A stretch of 64,000 nt of DNA from Eledone cirrhosa (taxonomy: Eukaryota), in the NCBI GenBank assembly GCA_964016885.1, contig OZ024741.1, positions 400,086,001-400,150,000 on the forward strand. The letters run 5' to 3'. The notes beneath the pieces were generated by a model. It worked only from the letters and a program-made list of their open reading frames with translations, was not told the DNA's origin and made no database searches. Of this stretch, positions 1-15,368 are shown in pieces; positions within the stretch are counted from its first letter, which is position 1; the number at the start of each line of letters is the position of its first letter. A program made the position numbers and the translations under genes.

Positions 1-3000
1 GGTAGGAATCATGGTAGCAGAAAAGTGGGCAGATAAGATAATAGACGTAAATAGAGTGAACGACAGAATAATTAAAATAAGACTTGTCCTCAATAAAACT
101 ACGGTGACAGTAATATCTGCGTACGCACCCCAATCCGGACAGCCCCGCGCTATAAAAGACAGATTCTACGAGACACTGATGCTCGCTACCTCCCAAATAA
201 CCGACAGTGACTATATAGTTATTGCAGGCGACCTAAATGGTCACGTTGGACAACATTGTGACGGCTATGACGGAATCCATGGAGGCTATGGGTTCGGTAC
301 TAGAAATGAGGAAGGCTCCAGAATCCTGGAATTCTGCGACGCAAATAACTTAACTATCTGTAACACTAACTTCAAAAAACGAGACAATCACTTGATCACC
401 TATAGGTCGGGGGAACACACAAGCCAGGTAGATTATATCCTTACCAGAAGACGTGACAGAGTGTCTGTTGTTAACACTAAATCCCACCCCCATGAAGAAT
501 TCACCTCCCAACATAGACTGATAATTAGCGACCTCATAGTCAGGACGAGACGTACTAGACAGCGAAAGAGGACTATCCTCAGGAGAAAAATATGGAAGCT
601 AAAGGACCCCATAGCCAGAAATAAATTTCAAAGCAAATTACTTGACGCTTTCGACAGTAAGGAAGAGCAATTAGAGTCGTATAATATAGAGGAACAGTGG
701 GAATTCCTGAGAGCAAACCTGCTGACGGCGGCAGACGAAGTCTGTGGCTGGAGCAGGCCTGTAGGTAGGAGGAGAGTAACATGGTGGTGGAACAGTAAGG
801 TGGAGGAGTCAATTAAGGCCAAAAAGCAGGCTTGGAAAGTATGGCGGGATGGGGGAAGTAGAGAAGACTATCAAGTGGCCAGGAGGGAAGCTAGGAGACA
901 AGTGTACTTCGCAAGAAGGGAAGCAGAGGAAAGAAAGTTCAAGCATGTTCTACAACGTGAGGACCAAAAACGTGAGGTGTTCAGGATTGCCAGGCAATGT
1001 GTCAAGGAAAACCGTGATATTGTCGGGGAGAAGTGTGTACTTAACGATGATGGCATACTTGCCATCACCGACGCTGATAAGAAGGTAGCTTGGAAGTGTC
1101 ACTACGAAAGGCTTCTAAATGAGGAGAACAAATGGGAGAAAGATAGTCTCCCCCAGATCGATCCAATAGAGGGACCAGCAGTGTTAGTTGAAGGTAGTAT
1201 AATAAGTAAGGCAATCAAAGATATGAAGACGGGTAAGGCGGCTGGGCCTTCGGAAATAGTTGCTGAGATGCTGAAGGCATCTGGTTCGGTGGGACACACC
1301 ATGGTCACCCGGATAGTTAACCAAGTCGTACAGAATGGGGTTGTTCCGAAGGAATGGCGTAGCAGCATCATCGTTAACTGCTATAAGGGAAAAGGAGATG
1401 CCCTAGATAGGAGTAACTATAGAGGCATTAAATTAATCGACCAGGTCATGAAGGTCACGGAAAAAGTAATAGCGCAACTAATCAGAGAGAGAATTGATCT
1501 AGATGAAATGCAGTTCGGGTTTGTGTCAGGCAAAAGTACCACAGACGCTCTTTTCATTGTACGACAACTACAGGAGAAGTACCTAGCTAAAAGTAAACCC
1601 CTATACTTAGCTTTTGTCGACTTGGAGAAAGCCTTCGACAGAGTCCCCCGTTCCATTATCTGGTGGTCTCTTAGAAAACTAGGTGTTGACGAATGGCTTG
1701 TGAGAGCTATACAAGCCATGTATAAAGAAACAGTCAGTAAGGTTAGAATTAACAACGAATATAGTGAAGAGTTTAGCGTAAAAGTTGGTGTCCATCAGGG
1801 CTCTGTACTTAGCCCCCTACTATTTATTATTGCCCTTCAGGCTATAACAGAGGAGTTCAAGACCGGCTGCCCATGGGAACTCCTATACGCAGATGATCTA
1901 ACGCTCATAGCTGAATCAATGACCGAACTAGAGAAGAAATTCCAAACGTGGAAGCACGGCCTAGAATCAAAAGGCCTTAAAATTAACCTGGCTAAGACTA
2001 AAGTTCTAGTTTGTAGGAAAGAAAATAAGGCGGCGGTCCCATCGGGGAAATGGCCATGCTCAGTGTGTAGGAAAGGCGTAGGTAGAAACTCCATTTTATG
2101 TCCCAAATGCAAAGTATGGGTGCATAAAAGATGTAGTGGGATCACAGGTAAGCTAACTAAGAACATAGATTTTACATGTGGCCGGTGCTCTGGTGCAATA
2201 AGTAGCAGCAAGTGCCCACAAAATACTAGCTCCTTCAACTGCGCAGAGGGTTCTATAGAAATAGTGGATAGCTTCCGTTATCTGGGTGACAAAATCAGCA
2301 GTGGGGGAGGGTGCTCTGAAAGTACAGTAGCTAGAGTCAGAACTGGATGGAAAAAGTTCAGAGAGCTTATACCACTATTAGCCGCTAGAGGGTTCTCCCT
2401 AAAAATGAAAGGCAGGTTATACGATGCCTGCATACGAACAGCAATGCTGCCAGTGAGACCTGGGCATTGTGTGCAGAGGATATACGCAGACTAGAGAGGA
2501 ACGAAGCTTGCATGCTCCGCTGGATGTGCAATAGTAATATACGTGAACGGCAAAGCATAAACGAACTAAGGAAAAAATTAGAAATAAGAGGGATCAGATG
2601 TTGTTTACTCGAGAGAAGGCTACGTTGGTACGGTCACGTGATGCGCATGAAAGACGACAGCTGTATAACAAAGTGCAGGGCAATAAAGATAGACGGTAGC
2701 CACGGAGTAGGCAGACCCAGAAAAACATGGGACGAGCTGATAATTTCCGACCTCACACGCTTACACCTCTCCAAGACAATGTCACTGGACCGAGACCTTT
2801 GGCGGTACTCAGTAATAGAGAAGACCCGCCTTACCTAAATACAAAGTAAAAACCTACTACAGGCGGTACTCAGTAATAGAGAAGACCCGCCTTACCTAAA
2901 TACAAAGTAAAAACCTACTACAGTCAGTAGGCACCTCTATCAAAACACACCCCCGTCCCACCACCTCCACCTCCACCCCACCCACACCGCCCCTTTCAAT

Positions 3001-3420
3001 GTAAAGTTATGTTGGCCCCACAACATCCAGGCCGAAACAAATGAGATCGTGTAGGTGTCACGACAAAAAACACACAGTCCACGCTGTAAATGTGGCCGTG
3101 TAGGCAACACGAACACGGTAAAAACATCCCAGCCCCACACTGTAAATGTGGTTGGTGTTAGGAAGGGCATCCAGCTGTAGAAAACCCGCCAGACAGTCCA
3201 CGCTGTAATGTGGCCGTGTAGGCAACACGGTAAAAACCTCCCAGCCCCACACTGTAAATGTGGTTGGTGTTAGGAAGGGCATCCAACTGTAGAAAACCCG
3301 CCAGACAGTCCTATGCGAGCAAGACAACCACTCTTGCCTCAAGTGGGAAAACCCCCGTCCAAACCCATGCAAGCGTGGAACACGGACGCTAAACCTGATG
3401 ATGATGATGATGATGATGAT
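1..3420 (+). mobile_element. RTE-clade non-LTR retrotransposon, subfamily A copy 1 (runs off window start)
   Basis: ORF 11..2494 has APE motifs (SAYAPQ, GDLNGH, DYIL) and RT motifs (FVDLEKAFDRV, GVHQGSVLSP, YADD). A 4-nt loss near 2450 shifts the frame into ORF 2467..2838. 3'UTR and (GAT)n tail end at 3420. Confidence 0.95.
11..2838 (+). pseudogene. APE-RT(+PHD) polyprotein with one frameshift
   Basis: Reads atgctgc-cagtgag where copy 5 reads atgctgcatggcagtgag. The two ORFs join into the RTE C-terminus (RLRWYGHV, GRPRKTW). Confidence 0.9.
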
Positions 3421-6907
<3,487 letters not shown>

Positions 6908-9252
6908 CATCATCTTCGTTTAACGCCCATATTCCACGCTCGCATGGGTTTGGACGGGAGTTTTCCCACTTGAGGCAGGAGTGGTTATCTTGCTCGCATA
7001 GGACTGTCTGGCGTGTTTTCTACGGCTGGATGCCCTTCCTAACACCAACCACATTTACAGTGTGGAACTGGGAGGTTTTTACCGTGTTACCTACACGGCC
7101 ACATTACAGCGTGGACTGTGTGGTTTTTTGTCGTGACACCTACACGATGTCATTTGTTTCGGGCTGGATGTTGTGGTACCAACATAACTTTTCATTGAAA
7201 GGGGTGGTGTGGATGGGGGTGTATTTTGTTAGAGGTGCCTACTGACTGTAGTAGGTTTCACTTTGCACTTAGCTAAGGCGGGTCATCTCTATTACTGTGT
7301 AGCGCCAAAGATCTCGGTCCAGTGACATTGTCTGGAGAGGTGTAAGTGTGTGAGGTCGGAATTTATCAAGTCGTCCCAGGTTTTTCTGGGTCTGCCTACT
7401 CCGTGGCTACCGTCTATTTTTATCGCCCTGCACTTTTTTATACAGCTGTCGTCTTTCATGCGCATCACGTGACCATGCCAACGTAGTCTTCTCTCGAGTA
7501 AACAACATCTGATCCCTCTTATTTCTAATTTCTCCCTAGGTTCGTTTATGCTTTGCCGTTCACGTATATTACTATTACACATCCAGCGGAGCATGCAAGC
7601 TTCATTCCTCTCCAGTCTGCGTATATCCTCTGCACACAATGCCCAGGTCTCACTGCCATGTAACATTAATGTTCGTATGCAGGCATCATACAGCCTGCCT
7701 TTCATTTTTAGAGAGAACTCTTTAGCGGCCAATAGTGGTATAAGCTCTCTGAACTTTTTCCATCCCGTTCTGACTCTAGCTACTGTACGTTCAGAGCACC
7801 CTCCCCCACTGCTGATTTTATCACCCAGGTAACGGAAGCTGTCCACTATTTCTATAGAACCATCTGTGCACTGGAATGAGTTAGTATTCTCTGGGCACTT
7901 GCTGCGACTTATTGCACCAGAGCACCGGCCACATATAAATTCTATATTCTTAGTTAGCTTACCTGTGATCCCACTACATCTTTTATGTACCCATACTTTG
8001 CATTTGGGACATAATATGGAGTTTCTACCTACTCCTTTCCTACACACTGAGCATGGCCATTTCCCGGAAGGGACCGGTGCCCAATTTTCCTTCCTACAAA
8101 CTAGAACTTTAGTTTTAGACAAGTTAACTTTAAGGCCTTTTAATTCTAGGCCATGCTTCCATGTTTGGAATTTTTTCTCTAGTTCAACCATTGGTTCAGC
8201 TATGAGCGTTAGATCATCTGCATATAGGAGTTCCCATGGGCAGCCGGTCTTGAACTCCTCTGTTATAGCCTGAAGGGCAATAATAAATAGTGGGGGGCTA
8301 AGGACGGAGCCCTGATGAACACCAACTTTTACGCTAAACTCTGCACTATATTCGTTGTTAATTCTAACCTTGCTGACCGTTTCTTTATACATGGCTTCTA
8401 TAGCTCTCACAAGCCATTCATCAACACCTAGTTTTCTAAGGGCCCACCAGATAATCGAGCGGGGTACTCTGTCAAAGTCAACAAAAGCTAAGTATAGGGG
8501 TTTACTTTTAGCTAGGTACTTCTCCTGTAGTTGTCGTACAAGGAAAAGAGCGTCTGTTGTACTTTTACCTGACACAAACCCGAACTGCATTTCGTGTAGA
8601 TCAATTCGCTCTCAGATTAGTTGCGCTATTACTTTTTCTGTGACCTTCATGACCTGGTCAATTAATTTAATGCCTCTATAGTTTCCCCTATCTAGGGCAT
8701 CACCTTTACCCTTGTAGCAGTTAATGATGATGCTGCTGCGCCAGTCCTTCGGAACAAACCCATTCTGTATTACTTGGTTTACTATCCGGGTGACCATAGT
8801 GTGTCCCACCGTTCCAGATGCTTTCAGCATTTCGGCAACTATTTCCGAAGGCCCAGCCGCCTTGCCCATCTTCATGTCTTTGATCGCCTTGCTTATTATA
8901 CTACCTTCAAATTGCACTGCTGGTCCCTCTATTGGGTCGATGTGGGGAAGACTTTCTTTCTCCCAATTATTCTCCTCATTTAGTAGCCTTTCGTAGTGAC
9001 ACTTCCAAGCTACCTTCTTATCAGTGTCAGTGATGGCAAGTACACCATCATTTAGGACACACTTCTCCCCGACAATATCACTGTTTTCCTTGACACATTG
9101 CCTAGCAATCCTGAACACCTCACGTTTTTGATCCTCGCGTTGTAGAACATGCTTGAACTTTCTTTCCTCTGCTTCCCTTCTTGCGAAGTACACTTGTCTC
9201 CTAGCGTCCCTCCTGGCCACTTGATAGTCTTCTCTACTTCCCCCAACCCGCC
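6908..9252 (-). mobile_element. RTE copy 2 (A-like), 5'-truncated and disrupted
   Basis: (CAT)n tail at 6908. ORF 7292..8590 (RT+PHD) has a 12-nt deletion in FVD[LEKA]FD, a stop at ~8612 and a C-terminal frameshift. Confidence 0.95.
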
Positions 9253-9482
9253 TACACACACATGTATATATATATACACACACATACACACATGTATATA
9301 TATACACACACACACACACACATGTATATATATACACACACACACACACACGTGTATATATATATACACACACACACACACACATGTGTATATATATATA
9401 CACACACACACACACACATGTGTATATATATATACACACACACACACACATGTATATATATACACACACACACACACACATG

Positions 9483-9516
<34 letters not shown>

Positions 9517-10459
9517 TGTATATATATACACACACACACACACACATGTATATATATATACACACACACATACACACATGTATATATATATACACACACA
9601 CATACACACATGTATATATATATACACACACACATACACACATGTATATATATATACACACACACATACACACATGTATATATATATACACACACACACA
9701 TACACACATGTATATATATATACACACACACATACACACATGTATATATATATACACACACACACATACACACATGTATATATATATACACACACACATA
9801 CACACATGTATATATATATACACACACATACATATATATACACACACACACACATGTATATATATATACACACACACACACATGTATATATATATACACA
9901 CACATACACATGTATATATATATATACACACACACATACACACGTATATATATATACACACACACACACGTATATATATATACACACACACATACACACA
10001 TGTATATATATATACACACACATACACACATGTATATATATACACACACACACACATGTATATATATATATACACACATGTATATATATATATACACACA
10101 CACATACACACATGTATATATATATATACACACACACGTATATATATATATATACACACACACATACACACATGTATATATATATACACACACACATACA
10201 CACATGTATATATATATATACACACATACACACATGTATATATATATATACACACACACATACACACATGTATATATATATACACACACACATACACACA
10301 TGTATATATATATACACACACACATACACACATGTATATATATATATACACACACACATACACACATGTATATATATATATACACACACACATACACACA
10401 TGTATATATATATACACACACACACATACACACACATATATATATATATATATACACAC
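9253..10459. repeat. Microsatellite/minisatellite with ~30-bp higher-order unit CATGTATATATATATACACACACACATACACA
   Basis: Direct reading. Confidence 0.97.
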
Positions 10460-13400
10460 AATGCAAGAATCATTAAACTCAGACTAGTCCTGAATAAGAC
10501 AATTACCACAATAATATCAGCTTACGCACCCCAATCGGGGCTGCCAGACGAACTTAAGGATAGGTTTTACGAATCCCTAATACACACTACTGCTCTAACA
10601 GACGACAAGGACTTCCTAATCATTGCAGGAGATTTTAACGGACACGTAGGTAAACACTGCGACGGCTTCAATAGAGTACATGGAGGCCATGGAGTTGGCA
10701 CAAGGAATGAGGAAGGATTCAGACTTCTAGAATTCTGCGACGCCAATGACATGTCGATATGTAACACAAACTTTAAAAAACCCGACAACCACCTGATCAC
10801 CTATAGATCAGGGGAGCACTCTAGTCAGTTAGATTTTATCCTCATCAGAGGACGTGACAGATGGACGGTCGTAAACACAAAAGCCTTCCCTAGTGAGGAA
10901 TGTACATCCCAACATAGCTTAGTTGTCAGCGACCTCACGGTCAGAACTAGACGAGCCCTGAAACAGAGGCCAACCTGGAGAAGAAAGATCTGGAAGCTGA
11001 AAGTCCCCTCAACCAGTAACAGATTTAAAGATATTTTACTCAACGCCTACGACAGTAAAGAAGAACAGATAGAGACATTTAACGTAGAAGAGAACTGGGA
11101 GTTCCTAAAAAATAACTTACTAGAGGCGACGGATGAGGTTTGTGGCTGGAGTAAGACCTCAAGCAGGAGGAGAGTGACTTGGTGGTGGAACAATAAGGTA
11201 GATGAAGCAGTCAAGGCCAAGAGACAGGCATGGAAAGAATGGAAGAACGGGGGAGCAGGGTACATTACATAGAGACCAAGAGGGAAGCTAGGCGACAAGT
11301 ATACTTAGCTAGGAGGGAAGCAGAGGATAGAAAATTCAAGCATGTTTTACAACGTGAGGACCAGAAACAGGAGGTATTCAAGATTGCGAGGCAGTGTGTC
11401 AGAGATAGTTGTGATGTCATTGGAGAGAAGTGTATCCGGAATGATAAAGGTGAGCTTGCCCTCACAAGTGCTGAGAAGAAAGATGCATGGAAGAGTCATT
11501 ATGATAGATTACTAAATGAGGAGAATGCATGGGAAGAAGAGACCCTACCCCACGTAGACCCTATAGAGGGACCAGCAGTACAAGTCAGCGGCAGCGTAGT
11601 AAGTAAGGCAATCAGAGATATGAAGATAGGGAAGGCAACCGGTCCATCGGGTATAGCTGCCGAGATGCTGAAGGCATCTGGGTCTGTAGGTCACACTATA
11701 ACCACACGTATCGTTAACCAGGTAATACTAGAGGGGGCCATACCAAAAGATTGGTGCAGTAGCATCATTGTCAACTGCTACAAAGGTAAAGGCGATGCAC
11801 TAGATAGAGGAAACTATAGAGGTATAAAGTTGATGGACCAGGTCATGAAAGTAACAGAAAGAGTTATAGCACAGCTGATTAGGGACCGGGTGAATATAGA
11901 CGAGATGCAATTTGGGTTTGTACCAGGGAAAGGCACCACTGATGCCCTCTTCCTTGTGAGGCAATTACAGGAAAAGTACCTAGCTAAAAGTAAGCCACTC
12001 TACTTGGCATTTGTCGACCTTGAGAAAGCCTTTGACAGAGTTCCACGTGCAGTAATCTGGTGGGCTCTTAGAAAACTAGGAGTAGATGAATGGCTTGTGA
12101 AAGCGGTACAAGCCATGTATAGGGGAGCAGTCAGCAAAGTTAGGATTGGCAATGAGTATAGCGAGGAATTTAGCGTACAGGTTGGGGTCCACCAGGGCTC
12201 TGTTCTTAGCCCTCTCCTGTTCATCATAGTCCTGCAGGCAATAACGGAGGAGTTTAAGACCGGATGCCCATGGGAACTCCTGTATGCTGATGACCTCGCA
12301 CTCATAGCTGAATCTATGGTAGAACTAGAGAATAAATTCCAAACCTGGAAGCAGGGACTAGAGAGAAAGGGCCTCAAAGTCAACATGACAAAGACTAAGG
12401 TCCTTGTAAGTAGACGAGAAAACAGAACCCAGATCCCCTCAGGGAAATGGCCTTGCTCAGTATGTAGGAAAGGTGTAGGTAGGAACTCCATTCTCTGCCC
12501 CAAATGCAAACAATGGGTACACAAGAGATGTAGCGGGATCTCAGGAAGCTTAATTAAGAATGTAGGATTCACATGCAGCAGCTGTGCTGAAACAGCAAGC
12601 AAACAGCCACAGGAAACAAGTACCACCAATCTCTGGGAGGGCCCTGTAGAAACAGTAGACAGCTTCTGCTACCTAGGTGACCGAATTAGCAACGGAGGTG
12701 GGTGCTCAGAAAGTACAATAACTAGGGTAAGAACGGGATGGAAGAAGTTTAGGGAACTACTACCACTGCTAGCTGCAAAAGGCTTCTCCCTCAGAATGAA
12801 AGGCAGACTGTATGATGCGTGTATCCGAACAGCGATGTTGCATGGTAGTGAGACCTGGGCGCTGAAGGTGGAAGACTTACGTAGATTAGAGAGAAACGAA
12901 GCCTGCATGCTCCGATGGATGTGTAACAGTAATATACGTGAACGACAAAGCATAAAGGAATTGAGAGAGAGACTGAGCATAAGAGGAATCAAATGCTGCG
13001 TGCAGGAGAGGCGGTTACGCTGGTATGGACATGTGATGCGTATGAAGGATGACAGCTGCATAAAAAGGTGCAGAGCACTAGAAGTTGATGGAAACCGCGG
13101 AGTGGGGAGACCCAAGATGACTTGGGATGAGGTGATAAAAGCCGACCTTACCCAACTACACCTCTCAAAGTCAATGACACACGACCGTGACTTCTGGCGT
13201 CACGCAGTAATACAGGGTACCCGACCTCCCATGGGTACATGCTGAAGCATATAAACAATATGCCCCCCCTCCCCCCCCACCGCAAGGTGGCCGTGGAGGT
13301 GCCACGGCAAAAAAAGCACCCAGCCCACACTGTAAAGTGGACGTGTAGGCGCCACGAAAAAGCACCCAGCACTCACTGTAAATGAGGTTGGTGTTAGGAA

Positions 13401-13549
13401 GGGCATCCAGCTGTAGAAATCAAGCCAGATCAGTTCCTGTATGAGCAAGGCATGGTCAGCCGACCAGACACTGCCCACAACAGGACAACCCGTCTAACCC
13501 ATGCTAGCGTGGAAGAACGGACGTAAAACGGTGATGATGATGATGATGA
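10460..13549 (+). mobile_element. RTE copy 3, subfamily B, 5'-truncated within APE
   Basis: APE remainder 10460..11272, then ORF 11230..13245 (RT+PHD). One G is missing from the G-run at ~11250 relative to copy 6. (GAT)n tail. Confidence 0.95.
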
Positions 13550-13870
13550 CACACATATATATATACACACATATATATACACATATACACACACATATAC
13601 ACATATATATATACACACACATATATATATACACATATATATACACACATATATATACACACACATATATATATATATACACATACATATATACACATAC
13701 ATATACACACATATATATACACACATATATATATATATACACATACATATATACACATACATATATACACATATATACACATATACACATATATAGATAT
13801 ATATATATATATATATACACATATATACACATATATAGATATATATATATATATATACACATATATACAC

Positions 13871-13901
<31 letters not shown>

Positions 13902-14091
13902 TACACATATATATATATATATACACATATATACACATATATATATATATATACACATATATACACATACATATATATATACACATATATATACACACAC
14001 ATATATATACACATATATATACACACACATATATATACACATACACATATATATACACATACACATATATATACACATATATATATATATA
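13550..14091. repeat. (TA)n/(CA)n microsatellite
   Basis: Direct reading. Confidence 0.97.
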
Positions 14092-15047
14092 CTAGACATG
14101 AAAAATGCGCAAGCTCAAAAGTGCCACAGAATGTTATAATAAACCTTCAAAAGTGTGGGACTAGAGTTGTTGCTAAAAAATATTGTAATCATTATATATC
14201 GTACATTCTGTGGCATCCTTTATAAAAATAGCTTAAACCAACGAAGCCTTTATTTTTACGCTATTTCACTTAGTTAATTCTTAGAGTGTAACATATAAAA
14301 ATATGATTTACAACTATAAAATAAATTAATTAATATAATAACAGAGCTGCGGAGCTGAAATTTAGGAAATAATGGAGTATCGGATCCTGAGTTGGAGCCA
14401 GTCAATTTTTGGCCGACTCCGCAGCCCTGTATAATACATTTCATATTAAAGTTATTAATAAACTTATTTTACACTGCATGCAAATTACCATGAGATATTG
14501 ATATTAGATATAAGATACAGCGCAATATCTACAGCTGTAAAAGTACGAAAGCAAAGTAATAATAAGTGGCTTAAGGTAATTCCAATATGAAAGTTTGTAG
14601 TGATAAAAATTTGATAATGCAATACGATTGTTAATATTATAGTTCTATGAAAATGTAACAATAGATAACTAAATTATTTTACTATTAGTATATTTAAGAA
14701 ATTATCATTATAGATTTGATCGTTCATATAAGCATCATATTAATTTTCAACACAATTATTTTGTTACTATGAGTATATGATAATAATATTACATAATTAT
14801 TTATAGCTGTTATTACATTAAACATAGATGTATTTATTTTTATATGTTACACTCTAAGAATTAACTAAGTGAAATAGCGTAAAAATAAAGGCTTCGTTGG
14901 TTTAAGCTATTTTTATAAAGGATGCCACAGAATGTACGATATATAATGATTACAATATTTTTTAGCAACAACTCTAGTCCCACACTTTTGAAGGTTTATT
15001 ATAACATTCTGTGGCACTTTTGAGCTTGCGCATTTTTCATGTCTAGT
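14091..15047. repeat. Inverted repeat, ~213-bp arms (14091..14303 / 14835..15047), 531-bp spacer
   Basis: Arms read as reverse complements: actagacatgaaaaatgcgc... / ...gcgcatttttcatgtctagt. Confidence 0.95.
14342..14429. mobile_element. 88-bp hAT-like MITE
   Basis: TIRs cagagctgcggag / ctccgcagccctg; 8-bp TSD-like tataataa / tataatac. Confidence 0.65.
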
Positions 15048-15368
15048 TTAATATTTTTTTAAGGCAACGCTTGTAATAACTCTAGTTAAACAGGATATAT
15101 ATTAATAATAAATTATCGTTGTAATGTAATTAGATTATGTAATTGTTATTATAAATTATCTTATAAATATTAGTGTAAGATGTATAAAAATATTTTCAGA
15201 CTTTTAATATAAACAACTACAAAAAACAATCAATATTAAATCAATATATTATACATAATAGAAAACATAAAATAAACAATACAAAAACAAAATATTTACA
15301 TACAATTGCAATTATCAGTGTATATACATTTTCTTTATATTCCCTGAGCAAATTAATAAGATTTGTTT

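Noticed and set aside
579-2238. Short antisense and alternate-frame ORFs over RTE and RepHel coding regions
   Set aside because: Shadows of the real ORFs; they recur only because the elements are repeated.
3395-3420. CTGATGA at the RTE tail as a hammerhead core
   Set aside because: It is the start of the (GAT)n tail; no GAAA or stems.
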